A stretch of DNA of 64,000 nt from a virus (lineage: Duplodnaviria > Caudoviricetes): IMG/VR virus record IMGVR_UViG_3300035675_000001. One strand, given 5' to 3'. Below the pieces are notes generated by a model that worked only from the letters and a program-made list of their open reading frames with translations, ran no database searches and was not told where the DNA came from. This document shows positions 26,639 to 36,437 of this stretch, one piece after another. How positions within the stretch are numbered: the stretch's first letter is position 1; each line of letters opens with the position of its first letter. The position numbers and the translations under genes were made by a program.

Positions 26639-28810
26639 GTGGCAGTCTATGCTTACTACGACCTGAACCGGGTCACCCGGTATCTGAGCGACGCCGAGTT
26701 GAACTGGCGCGGAACCTGGGCGGCGGGAACGACCTACCTGCCCGCCTCCAATGGAACGCCCGGCGACGCTGTGACCTACGCCGGGGCGATGTGGCTCGCA
26801 CTGACCACCAACACCGGCATCACCCCCACGGCGATTATGCGCCAACGGGTTTGGGCGCAGCTCGTTTACTACAAGGAGGGTTCCGTCCCGGACTACACCC
26901 CTCTGGCCCAAGCCGCTTACGACATCGCCGTCACCGGGACCAATCTCGGTTGGGACGCTCTCCACACCGCCTGGGCAGCCGGATCGCTCGCCCAAGACGC
27001 TTACGACATCGCCGTGGCGGGCACCAACCTGGCTCAAGCCGCTTACGATCTGGCCGTCACCGGGACCAACCTCGCCCTGACGGCCATCGACACCGCCAAC
27101 GGAGCCGTGGACATCGCCACGGACGCTTTGACCACGGCCTGGAACGGCACGGCGGGCGTCGATCAAGTGCTCCAGATCGCGGCCAGCGGAACCTCTGGTG
27201 CAAATTCTGCACTCCAGATCGCGGTCCAGGGGACATCTGGCGTCAATCAGCTCTATCCGATTGCTGTCGCGGGCACCAACCTGGCCCAAGCCGCTTACAA
27301 TCTCGCCGCCATCGGCACCAATGTCGGGACGAATGCCCTGAACTTGGCGACCGCAGGCAGCAACCTGGCCTGGCAGTCCTACCTGCTGGCCTCCGAAGCC
27401 AGCTTCCCGCAGATCGCCGAGGACGCCTGGAGCCTGGCCAACATCGGCACCAATGTCGGGACGAATGCCCTGAACTTGGCAACAACCGGCTCGAATCTCG
27501 CCTGGCAAGCCTACCTCCTGGCTGCTACTCCCCAGCCAAGCGACGGGCCGGTTGCCCAAGCCGCCTACAGCCTGGCTGCCATCGGCACCAACGTCGGCAC
27601 CAACGCACTGAATCTGGCCACAGCAGGCAGCAACGTCGCCTGGCAGGCCCTCGTGACCGCTCAGACGGGCACCAACGGCCTCCAGGTCATCACCCTGGAC
27701 CTGGCCGACACGGACAGCCTCGCGCAGTCGGCCTACCAGATCGCAGGCATCGGGACGAACCAGGCGCAACAGGCTTACGCCCTCGCGGCCATCGGCACCA
27801 ACGTCGGCACCAATGCCCTGACCCTCGCGCAGTCGGCCTACAACCTGGCTGCCATCGGCACCAACGTCGGGACGAACGCCCTGAACCTCGCGCAGCAGGC
27901 TTACGACATCGCCGTGGCCGGGACCAGCGCCGGGGCTGCTTTTGCGATGGCCGAAGCCGCCTACCTGCTCGCCCAGCGCGGCACGAACGCGGCCAATGAC
28001 GCCTACGCCATCGCCGTGGCCGGGACCAACGTGGCCAACGACGCCTACGCGATGGCCCAAAACGGCACCACGGTCGCCCAGGTCGCATACGAACTGGCTG
28101 TCTTCGGCACCGAAGGGGTCCAGCAGCTTTACCCGATTGCAAACGCCGGAACAGCCGGTGTCAACCAGCTCTACCCCATCGCCACGGCAGGCACGGCAGG
28201 CGTGAACCAGCTCTACCCGATTGTCGTGGCTGGGACCAACCGCGCCGATGCCGCCTACGCCTTGGCCATCAACGGAACCGAAGGTGTCCAGCAGCTCTAC
28301 GCCATCGCCAATGCGGGCACGGACCTGGCACTCCTGGCCATGACCTGGACCGGCACCAACGCCAGCCTGGCCCAAGCTGCTTACGATCTGGCCGCGATTG
28401 GCACCAACGTCGGAACCAATGCCTACACCCTGGCGACCAGCGCCAACGGGCTGGCCCAGGTCGCCTACAACCAAGCGATCAACGGGACGATTTCCACGAC
28501 CGGCACGTTGCCCACCGCGCAGGCCGTCAGCGGCACGCTCTATTTCGACTTCGCCGGATCAGCGGCTTCTTACCAAACAACCACGGTCGATCAGAACGTC
28601 TGGATCAGCGCCAAAAACCTGCAAGCTGGCCGCGAGATCGGTGTGATCCTGGTTCCCGACAACACGAATCACTGGCTGGGCTATTCCTCTTTCAAGTGGT
28701 TTGGGACGTATCCGCCCGGCACGATCTCGACGAAGGAAATTCTGATCGCCATGACCGCTTTCGACGGGAACCTCGGCAGCATCCGGGCAGCGGCCAGCGT
28801 TCAGATATGA
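26639..28810 (+). CDS. Tail fibre 1: CBM5/12-like N-terminus, long Ala-rich G-T-x repeat stalk, C-terminal beta domain
   Basis: WAAGTTY...GDAVTYAGAMW; dozens of ~14-aa AQAAYDLAVTGTN-type repeats. Confidence 0.75.
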   Translation: MAVYAYYDLNRVTRYLSDAELNWRGTWAAGTTYLPASNGTPGDAVTYAGAMWLALTTNTGITPTAIMRQRVWAQLVYYKEGSVPDYTPLAQAAYDIAVTGTNLGWDALHTAWAAGSLAQDAYDIAVAGTNLAQAAYDLAVTGTNLALTAIDTANGAVDIATDALTTAWNGTAGVDQVLQIAASGTSGANSALQIAVQGTSGVNQLYPIAVAGTNLAQAAYNLAAIGTNVGTNALNLATAGSNLAWQSYLLASEASFPQIAEDAWSLANIGTNVGTNALNLATTGSNLAWQAYLLAATPQPSDGPVAQAAYSLAAIGTNVGTNALNLATAGSNVAWQALVTAQTGTNGLQVITLDLADTDSLAQSAYQIAGIGTNQAQQAYALAAIGTNVGTNALTLAQSAYNLAAIGTNVGTNALNLAQQAYDIAVAGTSAGAAFAMAEAAYLLAQRGTNAANDAYAIAVAGTNVANDAYAMAQNGTTVAQVAYELAVFGTEGVQQLYPIANAGTAGVNQLYPIATAGTAGVNQLYPIVVAGTNRADAAYALAINGTEGVQQLYAIANAGTDLALLAMTWTGTNASLAQAAYDLAAIGTNVGTNAYTLATSANGLAQVAYNQAINGTISTTGTLPTAQAVSGTLYFDFAGSAASYQTTTVDQNVWISAKNLQAGREIGVILVPDNTNHWLGYSSFKWFGTYPPGTISTKEILIAMTAFDGNLGSIRAAASVQI

Positions 28811-29775
28811 GATTAGGACTCCGCAACTTTCAATACATCGGCGGTCTTTGGAGACCTGCTGCTGCCGGTCCTGCCGCTGTGAGCCGAGGTTACGAGTTCA
28901 ACGGTTCCACGTATGTCCGGTTCACCGGAGGAGGCGTAACCCTGGCCCACCAAGCCTACACGATTTCTGCGTGGCTGCGCCCGTCCATTCCTGGAAACAC
29001 AGGTGTTACCGTCAGAAGTGACGGCGGGCCTATGGGTTCCTGGTCGCACTCCTTAAAGCAAAGTGGATCAGTCTGGCAAAACTACACCTACGGCGGATCA
29101 GGCGGAACCACCGTCAACAGCATCACCGCTCCGATTGTTGGCACCTGGCAGCACGTCACCGCGTCCGCCACAGCCAATGGCCTGCAAAAGATTTACGTCA
29201 ACGGACAGCCGGAAGGTTCGTATCCAGTTTCGAGTCTTTGGGCGGGCGGCAATGACTATTGGCTCGCTGCTGCTTTTCCAGGTGGCAACACTCCTTTTAC
29301 CGGCCAGATGTGTGAATACGCCATCTGGAGCAGCCAGCTCAGCGACGCCGAAGTTGAACAACTGGCCACAGGCCAGCGCGGCTTGCCGCCCACCATCCAA
29401 CCCGGCACCCTGATTGTTTACATTCCGATGCAAGACACGGCAGAAGGCGTTACCGTGCCAGGCAACTACGACGAAACCCAGGGAGTGACGCAAACCAGGA
29501 CCGGAGCGCCCATCGGAAGAAACGTCACCCTTCCCTCCAATACTCCCCTTGTTCGCGTAAGCGAAGATTTCGAGTCTTACGCAGCGGGAGCTGTTGGAGA
29601 CGGCTCCGGCTTGACCGGTGGAACCGAATGGAGCGGAGCACCTGTCGTCTTCGACTGGGTTCCGACCACATCGTCAGAAGATTTCGAGTCTTACGGAGAG
29701 GGAGCTGTTGGAGACGGCTCCAGCTTGACCGCAGGAGCAAACTGGAACGGAGCACCCGTGGTAACCTCATACTGA
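28807..29775 (+). CDS. LamG/concanavalin A-like lectin domain virion protein with two C-terminal EDFESY repeats
   Basis: GTWQHVT......KIYVNG, FTGQMCEYAIWSSQLSDAEVEQL. Confidence 0.75.
   Translation: MRLGLRNFQYIGGLWRPAAAGPAAVSRGYEFNGSTYVRFTGGGVTLAHQAYTISAWLRPSIPGNTGVTVRSDGGPMGSWSHSLKQSGSVWQNYTYGGSGGTTVNSITAPIVGTWQHVTASATANGLQKIYVNGQPEGSYPVSSLWAGGNDYWLAAAFPGGNTPFTGQMCEYAIWSSQLSDAEVEQLATGQRGLPPTIQPGTLIVYIPMQDTAEGVTVPGNYDETQGVTQTRTGAPIGRNVTLPSNTPLVRVSEDFESYAAGAVGDGSGLTGGTEWSGAPVVFDWVPTTSSEDFESYGEGAVGDGSSLTAGANWNGAPVVTSY
29563..29763 (+). repeat. Two coding direct repeats, period 114 bp
   Basis: gaagatttcgagtcttac...gagctgttggagacggctcc at 29563 and 29677. Confidence 0.85.
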
Positions 29776-29777
29776 TT

Positions 29778-30473
29778 ATGGCCGCATCAATCGTTTCAAC
29801 AGCTTATGGACTGGCGCTGAATCCAGACAAGGTTCTCACGCTCGGCAACGAGGAATACGTCCGCACCTTTTCTTTCGGCTCTGCCTGGACAAAGATTCGC
29901 CTCGGCATCTGCTACTCGATTCGCTCAACCACGAGCATTGGCAGCGCCTCTTTTGTCCTGGGAGTCTGTTCTGGAAAAACCAATCCGTATGCAGCCGCTA
30001 CCACGACCAATTTCGTCGGTGTAAACTTAACGTCCTCAAACTCTTTGACCGGAACGATTACGGCAAATTACGGCCCTCCGTGGTATGCAAGCATGAGCGG
30101 AACGGTCGTCATCAAACGATCCGGGAGCACCACAACTATCGGCAATGGCAGCGGGTCCATTCTCTACGGCCACTACACGGCTGCCTCCCTTCGAGCCTTC
30201 ATGATTGTGGACATCACCAAAGGAAGTCCGAACTACACACTCAGCGTTTTCCGATACGTCAACGTCTTTAACCCCTACTTGGACACGGCGATGTTCACTG
30301 CCGCCCTGAACTCAATTTCAGACCCACCGACCAACGCACTCGCTCAGATGAGCGGAGTGACCATTGCCTGCGACGAGTCTGCGGGAGCTTTTGACTGCTT
30401 CGACCTCTTTTGGAACGATTCGCCCAACCCGCTGGATGTCGGATACCTGGGCGCAACCCGCCTCGTTATCTGA
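29778..30473 (+). CDS. Tail-associated paralog family, member 1
   Basis: LTLGNEEYVRTFSFGSAWTKIRLG ... FDCFDLFWND. Confidence 0.65.
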   Translation: MAASIVSTAYGLALNPDKVLTLGNEEYVRTFSFGSAWTKIRLGICYSIRSTTSIGSASFVLGVCSGKTNPYAAATTTNFVGVNLTSSNSLTGTITANYGPPWYASMSGTVVIKRSGSTTTIGNGSGSILYGHYTAASLRAFMIVDITKGSPNYTLSVFRYVNVFNPYLDTAMFTAALNSISDPPTNALAQMSGVTIACDESAGAFDCFDLFWNDSPNPLDVGYLGATRLVI

Positions 30474-30513
30474 AATCGCCTTTGTCAACATTCTCAATGG
30501 GCTGGATCAGGGT

Positions 30514-30520
30514 GTAGTTA
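30514..30520 (+). promoter_or_regulatory. GTAGTTA element before tail fibre 2
   Basis: GTAGTTATGGC-GTG, 4-nt spacer. Confidence 0.6.
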
Positions 30521-30524
30521 TGGC

Positions 30525-32648
30525 GTGGCGACGCAGACGCAATATGCTTACGCCGATAGCTCATTCCGGCGAGTTGTAATCGCGGAAGCGGAACTCCATC
30601 TACGGGGAACCTATTCCGGGACAACGAATTATGGGCCGCTTGACGCCATCGACTACGGCGGTGCCAGATACAACTGCCTGGTTTCAGTTTCCGGGACCGC
30701 ACCGGAGGGAAACCACTCAGATTTTTGGTCGATCCTGAGCCTTATCAACCAAGGCCCAGTCGATCCCTACGCCCAACTCCGAGAGGAGATTGACGCAGCC
30801 CAAAGCACGGCGAACAGCGCGATTTCTGGAGCTGATTCCGCCTTCGATCTGGCCTGCATCGGGACCAACGTCGGCAGCAACGCCTACAGCCTCGCCCAGC
30901 AGGCTTACGACTACGCCCTCCAGGGCACGGCGGCGGGGGCCGCTTTGGCGCTCGCCCAGGTCGCCACGAACACAGCAGACCTCGCCCTGGCCATCGCCTG
31001 CTCCGGGACCAACGGCGTCGTCCAGGTCAGCTACATCGCTGAATCTGGCACGGCAGGGGCCAACCAGGCTTTCCAGCTCGCCACGCAAGGCACTGCCGGT
31101 GCGGACCAGGCTTACTACCTGGCGATGCAGGGCACCAACGGGGCCAACTTCGGAATTTCTCTCGCGGGCGTGGGCACCAACCTCGCCCTGCTCGCCCTGG
31201 AGTGGCTGGGCACGAACGAGCAGATGGACGCCTCGATCCGCGAGGCAGCCTGGAGCGGCACGGCAGGGGTCCAGCAGGTCTATCCCATCGCCAACGCCGG
31301 AACGGCAGGCGTCAACCAGGTTTACCCGATTGCCAACAAGGGCACCGAGCTGGCGATCCTGGCCCTCTCCTGGCTCGGCACCCTCAGCCCGGTTGACCAG
31401 GGCGCTCGTGACGCCGCCTGGTCGGGCACGGCTGGCGTCGAACAGCTCTACCCCATCGCCAACAGCGGCACGGCAGGGGCCAACCAAGCCTTCTACCTGG
31501 CCACGCAGGGAACGAACGGGGCGAACTTTGGCATCTACCTCGCCTCCCAGGGGACCAGCGGTGCCAACGACGCCTACTACCTGGCGACCCAGGGCACCAA
31601 CGGCGCGAACTTCGGCATCTTCCTGGCCGGGCAAGGAACAGCAGGGGTGAACCAGGTTTACCCGATTGCCAACAGCGGAACAGCCGGAGTCAACCAGCTC
31701 TACCCCATTGCGAACAGTGGAACGGCTGGCGCGGAGCAGGCGTTCTACCTGGCGACCCAGGGCACGAACGGAGCCAACTTTGCGATCTACTTGGCAGGCG
31801 TCGGCACCGACGCAGCGGCTTACGCGCTCCAGATCGCCATGATGGGGACGGAGAGCGCGGCGGGCGGAGGAGCCTTGGCCTACACGGCATACCTGATCGC
31901 CGTCAACGGCACCAACGGCATCTTCCAGGTCTATCCGATTGCGAACAGCGGGACAGCCGGGGTCAACCAGGTCTTTCCCATCGCCAACTCAGGAACGGCA
32001 GGCGTCGAGCAGGTCTTCCCGATTGCCGTCAACGGCACCGCAGGCATCCCGCAAGTCAGCTACATCGCGGAGTCGGGCACATCCGGGGCCAATGCCGCCT
32101 TCGCTTTGGCCGTCGCGGGCACGGTCCTGAACGCCTACGTCCTGACCTGGCTGGGCACGACCATCGGCCTCACGGGCACCGGCACGCGCTCGATGTTCAT
32201 TTCGCAGGTGCAGAACGCCCGCACTGACGTAAAAATCACGATCCAAAACGGTCTCGTCACGTCGTTTGGAGAATCCTCGGCGAGCGTCGAAACTTTCGAC
32301 AATTACACCCCAGGCCCGCTCACCAATGGTCCGGGAGAGCTGAACCTGATGAGCTACTGGTATGGCACCGGCAACATCAACGGCGGCTACCTGCAAGCGA
32401 CAGTCTCCAACGATGCTTATGTCTCCAGGGACAGCATCCAGAGCTACGCCGTTTTTGGAACGGTCATCGGCCCCATCCCCGGACCTGGCACCTTGGCTGG
32501 AGGCACGTATTGGTCGAGTTCATGGAACGCCGGGAGCGTAGCCATGAATTACACTGAGGACACCCTGGCTACTTATGCTGCGGGCACGATCACAGTCGGC
32601 CAGATTAACGGCGGTGTCGGCTGGGGCAGCGATGGAATTGTGAACTGA
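30525..32648 (+). CDS. Tail fibre 2 with G-T-x repeat stalk and C-terminal (D/E)xFxxY repeats
   Basis: DAIDYGGARYNC; repeated QVYPIANSGTAG and AFYLATQGTNGA. Confidence 0.75.
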   Translation: MATQTQYAYADSSFRRVVIAEAELHLRGTYSGTTNYGPLDAIDYGGARYNCLVSVSGTAPEGNHSDFWSILSLINQGPVDPYAQLREEIDAAQSTANSAISGADSAFDLACIGTNVGSNAYSLAQQAYDYALQGTAAGAALALAQVATNTADLALAIACSGTNGVVQVSYIAESGTAGANQAFQLATQGTAGADQAYYLAMQGTNGANFGISLAGVGTNLALLALEWLGTNEQMDASIREAAWSGTAGVQQVYPIANAGTAGVNQVYPIANKGTELAILALSWLGTLSPVDQGARDAAWSGTAGVEQLYPIANSGTAGANQAFYLATQGTNGANFGIYLASQGTSGANDAYYLATQGTNGANFGIFLAGQGTAGVNQVYPIANSGTAGVNQLYPIANSGTAGAEQAFYLATQGTNGANFAIYLAGVGTDAAAYALQIAMMGTESAAGGGALAYTAYLIAVNGTNGIFQVYPIANSGTAGVNQVFPIANSGTAGVEQVFPIAVNGTAGIPQVSYIAESGTSGANAAFALAVAGTVLNAYVLTWLGTTIGLTGTGTRSMFISQVQNARTDVKITIQNGLVTSFGESSASVETFDNYTPGPLTNGPGELNLMSYWYGTGNINGGYLQATVSNDAYVSRDSIQSYAVFGTVIGPIPGPGTLAGGTYWSSSWNAGSVAMNYTEDTLATYAAGTITVGQINGGVGWGSDGIVN

Positions 32649-32649
32649 T

Positions 32650-33387
32650 ATGGCAGTCATTAGCAGCAGAGTTTATGGCGACGGAACCAGCGTTCTGATG
32701 CGGTTGCAGAACGAGGAGTTCATCCGCCAGTTTTCCTGGCTGAACGGCTGGCAGCGATTGCGGATTGGCGTGCTGTGGTCGGTCCAAGGCAGCGGCACTT
32801 TCACTTTGAACAACGCAGGGGTCGGCATCGCCAGCTCGGCCAGCCCGTTCTCAGCGACGCTGGGATTCAAGTCGTCCTCCTGCAAAAACGCCATGATCCA
32901 GGCCGTCTCCCTGGATGATGTTTACAGCCCGACCAGCTACGTTTACAACGCGGGCGGCGGCATCCCCTACTACAGCATGACCTTCACGGGAGCTTCACGA
33001 AAAGTTGGAGCGACCTGGGCGGGTGGAGGAGGAAACGGCACCCAATACTTCATGGCCGTGGCTGGCGCTGCGCGGGGATTCTTCTTTGCTGATTTCTGGA
33101 AAAGCGGACTCAGTGGCATGGGCGGGTATTCCTACCTCCCCACCAGCGCGGCGTTGGCGCAGACCAACTGGACGATGAACGACATCTACTACGGGTGCCA
33201 GCAAGCCAACATGGACAGCCTGATCTTGAGAGGAACAACCATCACGCGAACTGCGGGAGGGCAGGGCGACAGCAGCGCCCTTGAAACTGCCGGAGTTTAC
33301 GATTGCCTGAGTATTTGGTGGGATAACGCCGCCGTGCCGCTTGAAATTTACGGCATCGCCGCTTTTGGAGTCCCACTCACATCATAG
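32650..33387 (+). CDS. Tail-associated paralog family, member 2
   Basis: MRLQNEEFIRQFSWLNGWQRLRIG ... YDCLSIWWD. Confidence 0.65.
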   Translation: MAVISSRVYGDGTSVLMRLQNEEFIRQFSWLNGWQRLRIGVLWSVQGSGTFTLNNAGVGIASSASPFSATLGFKSSSCKNAMIQAVSLDDVYSPTSYVYNAGGGIPYYSMTFTGASRKVGATWAGGGGNGTQYFMAVAGAARGFFFADFWKSGLSGMGGYSYLPTSAALAQTNWTMNDIYYGCQQANMDSLILRGTTITRTAGGQGDSSALETAGVYDCLSIWWDNAAVPLEIYGIAAFGVPLTS

Positions 33388-33389
33388 CT

Positions 33390-34106
33390 ATGTCAGCCGT
33401 TATTGGACAACGAGTTTTTGCGGTTGGCGGCAACCAGGTTTACCTGTCGTTGCGCCAGGACGAATACATCCGCCCGCTGGCCATTGGCTCGGACTGGACT
33501 TGGCTCAAAATCGGCCTTCTGTTCAACATCGTTGGACCGCCCGGAACCCTCGCCTACTCTGATTTCGGCATCGGCGTCTGCAACTACAGCCTGCTCGGAC
33601 CCCAGGGGCTTTTATCCTGGTCGTGCCCAAACTGGTATGGCCGAACATTCAACGCCACGGCTGGAGGCATTGTCACCTACACCGGAGGAGCCAATCCTTA
33701 CTACAACATGAGCGGAACGTATCGCTCTTACCGGCAGTTCAAATCTCGCGGCTGGTGGGGAGGCAATGTGACCACCAAGGCGATGGCCGCAGGCGGAACC
33801 GGCGCACTCCAGCGCCGAAGTATGCACGTTGTTGAAATCGTCAAAGGCACAGACGGAACGCGGGGCTACGGCACGACAACAGCAGGGCTGGTGGTTCAAG
33901 ACTGGACCTTCGACAACCTGCTCGAAATCACCGAAATGTATAACCAGACCCCCTACGTCGGAGCAACCGCCATGCAAGGCGATGAAGCCAGCGGCACGGG
34001 CGCACAGAACGACAACGCAGGGCCGTTGGACGCGATCTCTGTCGCCTGGGCCGCAGCCAACGCGACCCTCGATATTTACGGTATCGTGGTCTATCGAGTA
34101 TATTAA
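33390..34106 (+). CDS. Tail-associated paralog family, member 3
   Basis: LSLRQDEYIRPLAIGSDWTWLKIG ... LDAISVAW...YRVY. Confidence 0.65.
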   Translation: MSAVIGQRVFAVGGNQVYLSLRQDEYIRPLAIGSDWTWLKIGLLFNIVGPPGTLAYSDFGIGVCNYSLLGPQGLLSWSCPNWYGRTFNATAGGIVTYTGGANPYYNMSGTYRSYRQFKSRGWWGGNVTTKAMAAGGTGALQRRSMHVVEIVKGTDGTRGYGTTTAGLVVQDWTFDNLLEITEMYNQTPYVGATAMQGDEASGTGAQNDNAGPLDAISVAWAAANATLDIYGIVVYRVY

Positions 34107-34108
34107 CT

Positions 34109-35755
34109 ATGGCCCAAATCGCTATAAGGCTATTTAATTACATTCCCGACCACTACGTGTTGTTGGGTGGAGAGGAATGGCTTCGGCCCCTGGGTCGGCT
34201 GGGCGACTGGAATCGCATCCGGCTGGGATGTCTCGTCGCCATCCGGCCCAACAGCACAGCCTCGATTTACAATGCAACTTTCACGGTCGGTTTGACCAGC
34301 GGGCGCTACGGCACGACTTCGGGCCACATCGCAGACAATGCCATCGGCATGTGCCTGTGTGGAAATCCCACTCCGCCAAACCTGCGGAATTGGAGCTACA
34401 ACGCCAACTCTGGCTACCCTTACTACGACGTAAACCAAACCGGCCAGTTCTTCCACCGCTACACCAATCCGGTCACCAACGCTCAGACGTATGTGCTCGC
34501 GGCCTCATCGAGCAATAATTTCGGCATCCCGGTCGCTGGAATCGGCTACCGCAAACGCCGATACCCCTTCGTCCTGGACATCCAGCGCACAGGTTCGCTC
34601 TACTCATTCAGGATGCACTTCCCAGGCAACAGTGCCACGATTCTGGCACAAGACTGGGACGCTGGAAAACTGATGGACGCGGTGATGCAGACGAGCGCCA
34701 CGATCATCACCGACAACGATACCTGGTCCTCATCAGCCAACTCGCTCCAAGCCAGCGAAATCAACGGCGCATTCGACACGTTCAGCATCTACTGGAGCCG
34801 TGCAACTTATCCGCTGGAGCTTTACGCCGCGTGCGCCTGCCTGCTCTCCGACAACAACACGCCGCAGAGCACCTACAACCCATTCACGCCAGGCGGATAC
34901 GACTACTACACCGGAGCGCCGGTGGGTAATGCCGCAGGCGTCAACAGCGGCAAAGGCTGGGTCTCCGGCTACAGCTTCCAAGGGACGAGTAACAGCACGC
35001 CTGCTTTCGGCATGGCAGGCACTTCGACCGGCCTCGACGATCCATTCGAGCAGTATGCTTCCGGCACGGCGCTAAGCCTGGCTCTGGCGGCGGGCACCAA
35101 CTGGCCGACAGGTTTCGTCATCGCAGGCACCTATCCCAACCTCAACCCGATCACAGGAATCGGAACTCAATTCTATGGGACCACGGTCGGGATGGACGAC
35201 CAGTTTGACCAATACACCAACGGCACTGTCCTGACCGGAGCCACTTACTACGGAACCAACTGGAACAGCGCCCTCCTCATCGCGGGCACTTACCCCAACC
35301 TCAGCCCGATCACCGGCATTGGAACGCAGTTCTACGGAACCACAGTCGGGATGGACGACCAGTTTGACCAGTATGCCACTGGAACTGTCCTGACCGGGGT
35401 GATGAACGGAGGAACAAACTGGGGCGGTGCGTTCCTGATCGCAGGCACCTACCCCAACCTCGTTCCCTACACCGGCACCGCGTTCTACGGAACCCAAGTG
35501 TTCCCCTCCGATACCTTCGAGACTTACCAGGTCGGCAGCATCGCGGTCATGGCTAATGGCTCGAACTGGGGCGGAAATTTCAATGCCCTCTGGTATGCGG
35601 GCACGACCTATGGAAATACGTCGGCCCAACTCGACATGGGCGGCACGAGCGTCGGGTCACCCTGGGACAGCATGGAGCAGTATTCGCTGGGCACCATCAC
35701 GCAGCTCAACCAGGGCACCGGCTGGGGAAGCTATGGAACCTTTTTCTCTTACTGA
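34109..35755 (+). CDS. Tail-associated paralog family, member 4, extended by five D.FEQY repeats
   Basis: LLGGEEWLRPLGRLGDWNRIRLG ... FDTFSIYWS, then DDPFEQY / DDQFDQY repeats. Confidence 0.65.
   Translation: MAQIAIRLFNYIPDHYVLLGGEEWLRPLGRLGDWNRIRLGCLVAIRPNSTASIYNATFTVGLTSGRYGTTSGHIADNAIGMCLCGNPTPPNLRNWSYNANSGYPYYDVNQTGQFFHRYTNPVTNAQTYVLAASSSNNFGIPVAGIGYRKRRYPFVLDIQRTGSLYSFRMHFPGNSATILAQDWDAGKLMDAVMQTSATIITDNDTWSSSANSLQASEINGAFDTFSIYWSRATYPLELYAACACLLSDNNTPQSTYNPFTPGGYDYYTGAPVGNAAGVNSGKGWVSGYSFQGTSNSTPAFGMAGTSTGLDDPFEQYASGTALSLALAAGTNWPTGFVIAGTYPNLNPITGIGTQFYGTTVGMDDQFDQYTNGTVLTGATYYGTNWNSALLIAGTYPNLSPITGIGTQFYGTTVGMDDQFDQYATGTVLTGVMNGGTNWGGAFLIAGTYPNLVPYTGTAFYGTQVFPSDTFETYQVGSIAVMANGSNWGGNFNALWYAGTTYGNTSAQLDMGGTSVGSPWDSMEQYSLGTITQLNQGTGWGSYGTFFSY
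35120..35500 (+). repeat. Coding tandem repeats, period 159 bp
   Basis: atcgc(a/g)ggcac(c/t)ta(t/c)cccaacctc at 35120, 35279 and 35438. Confidence 0.85.
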
Positions 35756-35758
35756 GCA

Positions 35759-36436
35759 ATGGCCATCATCGTCAACACTATCGTTGGAGAGCAGCAGCTC
35801 GAACTGAGAAACGAGGAGCTGCTGCGGCAGATGCCCTGGGGCAACGACTGGCGCTTTATCCGCCTGGGCTTGCGCTGGAGCGCCCAAATGTCAGCCACGC
35901 TGACGAACTTCAACATGATGATGGGGTTCAACGCAGGGACCACCTACGGCTATCGCAGCGCCAACACGGTGGAGTTCATCGGAACCTGCGTCGGCGGCGT
36001 GTCCAAAAGCACCTGGACCTACGCGGCTGGACCGCCTGCCTACTGGTCGTCAAACTGGTATCGCTACTCATATAAAGTCGGAGCAACTGAGTCGATTACC
36101 CAATCAAGCTCTCAGACCTCCTATGGCCCCATCGCTCCCAAGCGCGGGCTGATGTATTTCGATCTGCAAAAGGGCAGCGGCAACACGCTCAATCTGGTCT
36201 GGCAGACTCCGACCAATCCGACAACCGCTCAAACTGACTTCACGGTCGATCAGTTTTATCGAATGATGGAAGTGGATTACGCTCCAACCTTTATCTCAGG
36301 CTGGGCTATAAGCACAAACGCCATGACCTCCTGGGCTTACGCGGGCACCTACCCGTTCGATTCCGTCTCAGTCTCCTGGGACAACGCCATCAACCCGATC
36401 CTGATTTCCGACATGGCGGTAACCCGGTTTTATTGA
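35759..36436 (+). CDS. Tail-associated paralog family, member 5
   Basis: LELRNEELLRQMPWGNDWRFIRLG ... FDSVSVSWD...VTRFY. Confidence 0.65.
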   Translation: MAIIVNTIVGEQQLELRNEELLRQMPWGNDWRFIRLGLRWSAQMSATLTNFNMMMGFNAGTTYGYRSANTVEFIGTCVGGVSKSTWTYAAGPPAYWSSNWYRYSYKVGATESITQSSSQTSYGPIAPKRGLMYFDLQKGSGNTLNLVWQTPTNPTTAQTDFTVDQFYRMMEVDYAPTFISGWAISTNAMTSWAYAGTYPFDSVSVSWDNAINPILISDMAVTRFY

Positions 36437-36437
36437 T

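Noticed and set aside
26015-28474. Long antisense ORFs (819 aa here; also 55288..57876 and 42538..43992)
   Set aside because: Shadow ORFs caused by high GC3 on the opposite strand; no motifs and implausible composition
26900-28480. Regularly recurring ggcaccaac-containing repeats as a CRISPR-like array
   Set aside because: They are in-frame codon repeats of the fibre stalk with synonymous variation; there are no constant 23-47 bp repeats and no cas genes
29563-29763. Near-identical repeat pair as a possible DGR template/variable region
   Set aside because: Differences are not adenine-specific (c/g, t/c, c/g also occur), both copies are in-frame within one gene, and no reverse transcriptase is in the window
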